Part shown: one piece after another, positions 61,741 through 64,000 of the stretch
Numbering within the stretch: position 1 is the first letter of the stretch
How the letters are laid out: each line of letters opens with the position of its first letter
Origin: Psammoneis japonica
Lineage: Eukaryota
Reading direction: 5' to 3'
Assembly (NCBI GenBank): GCA_008632985.1
Contig: QPGO01000011.1
Location: forward strand, 310,001 to 374,000
Length of the DNA stretch: 64,000 nt
Program-made: the position numbers and the translations under genes
Notes under the pieces: generated by a model
The model's input: the letters and a program-made list of their open reading frames with translations, nothing else
What the model was told of the DNA's origin: nothing
Database searches by the model: none

Positions 61741-62437
61741 GCGGTTTCTACTGGAATTGACGCAGAATTCTACAGGGTTAACATTTTGAGCGCCATTATT
61801 TAAATGTTGACATTCATGCCGAATGAGGCATTTGACATGCAAATGCTATTTTCATATAGCATACGATGACATAGATGTATATAAAATCCTGGCTGCACTT
61901 TCCTACAACGGTGTGGAGAATGAAAGGGAAATGTCTGTGACCCAAAAATCGTGCACTGTTGCACAAAAGCGCAACGATGCGCGGACCAGGGATATACAAA
62001 GATAATTTATCGTGAATTCTACACGAAAAAGTCATATTGGGGAAAACATATCGAACAATAAGTGAGTTTGTGCGATGCGCTATTATGGCGATAAATTGGA
62101 AAAAAAGAGTGTCCGTGCACCTCGCTACAGCCCCAAAAATGGCATGAGACATCAAATATAACGGTCATCCGCGTCACCGGTGCGGTGGCCACGCCACTCA
62201 GCCGCCACAATACCGGCCCCGGCGGTAGGGCCCTACGTACGTACAGGCAATACAGCATGCAACGGCACACATACACCCACACCCACAAAGAAAGACAAGT
62301 GGTCAATGCTCCCCGCAGGCCTGGTTTCGTAGAATATCACACGTAGCCATCTACGTGCGCGACATACGGCGCGATCCAAAAAACTATTGATGTCACAGTT
62401 CAGCACCACGAGGTCCCACCTAGAGCTGGAACGCGTC
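60876..62437 (+). mobile_element. ~1.56-kb non-autonomous TIR element of the GACGCGTTCCAG family, 4-bp TSD TGCT
   Basis: Left end gatgggttccaatcccaggtgggactccgtgtgac; right end ...ggtcccacctagagctggaacgcgtc. tgct at 60872-60875 and 62438-62441. Internal 8-bp GTCGGG(CA/GG) array ~61201-61266. Confidence 0.85.
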
Positions 62438-62444
62438 TGCTGGA

Positions 62445-64000
62445 CACTTGCCCTTGTTGATTTTTGAGAGACATGTCTTTTTGTGCACCCATTCAAAGTT
62501 GACCACAGAAACTCCCAACTGATCCAGAAATGACCTGTCCTCTTCTGATTGATTCTTGACATTTGAAGCCAACCACCATCTTTTGCCTGGAGCCAAATGA
62601 ATGGTGATGATGATCAGGGTCCTGCATGCAGTGCGCAAATGCACGGAGCCAATCTTTAACAACTTGCTTGGTCAAAGACTGACACTTTGGTCTGCAAGTG
62701 ACAAGATTGACGACATTTTTGTGCAACATGTCAGCCACATGTGGCGGCAACAAGATCCGCTCAAAACATCATGACTTCAGGCATGAGGGATCAATCAGTG
62801 ATGTTTTGATGCAGCAACAGCAACTTGCCAATTTTTGTGCAGCAAAACATGCACATTTTTTGCACTGAAGCTCTTGAATTTTAGCCCAAGCAAAAAAAGA
62901 AAGAAGGAGGTGGCTTTCAGCACTGCTGCAGATTCTGTGTGCTGATGGCATCACAGTGCAAAATGCATTTCTGCGCAGCACGGTGGTCCCACTCCAGGAG
63001 TGTCATGTGTGGTGCAGCAGCCATTTGAAACCTGGGTGTTGCACACCTGGGTTTGCTGGCACAGGTGTGGCACACTCGTGTGAAAAGAGGGGGTCACATC
63101 CTGCTCATTTTTGTGAGTGTGACACCTGCACCAAAGTTGCAGCTTCCACACCTGGTGGCGCTGTCAGTGCAGTGGGCACATGTGCTCATTTTTTTTTTGC
63201 TTTTTGCCAGCAGCAGTCATTTGACAGAAGCATGATGTGAGCCCCTCCCTTGGCCCCTCCCTTGTCGTCGCACAAAAACAAAAACAAAAAAACGTTTTTT
63301 GTTTTCGTGACACGCGCGACAGCCTTGTCATCAAACAGCAAACAAAAACACCCCTTGCATGCATTTCTGCACCAAACCACGCACGTGCGGAGCCACGTGC
63401 TGTCAACACCGGCTTCAGTCGACAGCAGCAAACAAAGTGGGCAAGACATGCAATGGTGCGCTCGAATCCATTCATGACGGCAATTGTCAATCAATCATGA
63501 CGCAAGTCACTGCAGTCAATGACATTGGTTGAATGTCATCTGCAGCACAAAAGATGAGATGAAATGTGGTGGACCATGCGCAGAATGCTGGTGCAACAGA
63601 TTGGTTGTCAGAAATGCGCTGTTCTCGTGTCATGTCGTCACAAGTGCACATCATGTGAGGCGACTGTAGAGTGATGGCCAAGGCAAAAGTAGAACCTCAC
63701 ATGGCCATTAAAAATGTGGCAAATTGAATGGTCACGTTCTTTCCTCCCTTTGTCGCATCTCATGTGCAGAATGCAGCGGATCGCATTGTCATGCTTTTGT
63801 TGTGTGGTCACAAATGCACGCCACAAGGCATCCACAGTGAAGGACAAGGCCACAGCAGAACTGCACATGACCAATGTCAATGTGGAGAATGAGATGGAAA
63901 AGCTTGTTCCTCCTCATTCTGCCAGAAGGGGCCGCATCACGTCGATGTGTCGATGCATCAGTCATGGTCATCACAGGTGGTGGATTTGTGCATGGAAAGA
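62445..64000. other. TpA-depleted hypermutated block 6 (runs off the window)
   Basis: Only a handful of TA in ~1.55 kb; TG/CA-rich. Confidence 0.85.

Overview
Eukaryotic nuclear DNA, most likely a diatom. Evidence: spliceosomal GT-AG introns, bipartite 'ASAF'-type plastid presequences, and diatom-style flavodoxin and Copia-gag relics. About 17 ordinary genes (including an NSUN2-like methyltransferase, a divergent PCNA fusion, GFAT, TFIIB-like, cystathionine gamma-lyase, RPE, BUD13 and an MLKL-N-like protein) alternate with six sharply bounded blocks totalling roughly 27 kb (~12.75-15.3, 18.4-25.85, 35.3-43.15, 48.2-49.4, 54.9-61.7 and 62.45-64 kb). In these blocks the dinucleotide TpA is almost absent and TG/CA are abundant. 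Paired repeat copies inside the window show the cause directly: TpA has been converted by transition to TpG or CpA (A:T->G:C, both strands), alongside variable CpG->TpG/CpA decay. This is the mirror image of fungal RIP. It has hit transposons and also two recognisable non-TE genes: a plastid flavodoxin and a GyrI-like/PhnB fusion. In these genes Tyr codons became Cys/His, a TAG splice acceptor became TGG, and probably a TAG stop became TGG. This is the candidate undescribed system: region-targeted TpA adenine hypermutation. The window also holds a 4-bp-TSD TIR transposon family (3 copies), a 9-bp-TSD MULE-like element, Penelope-like RT and Copia gag relics, and a possible introner-type intron gain. 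Several genes carry single-base frameshifts, mostly in homopolymers, that look like assembly errors. All alignments and counts were done by eye.
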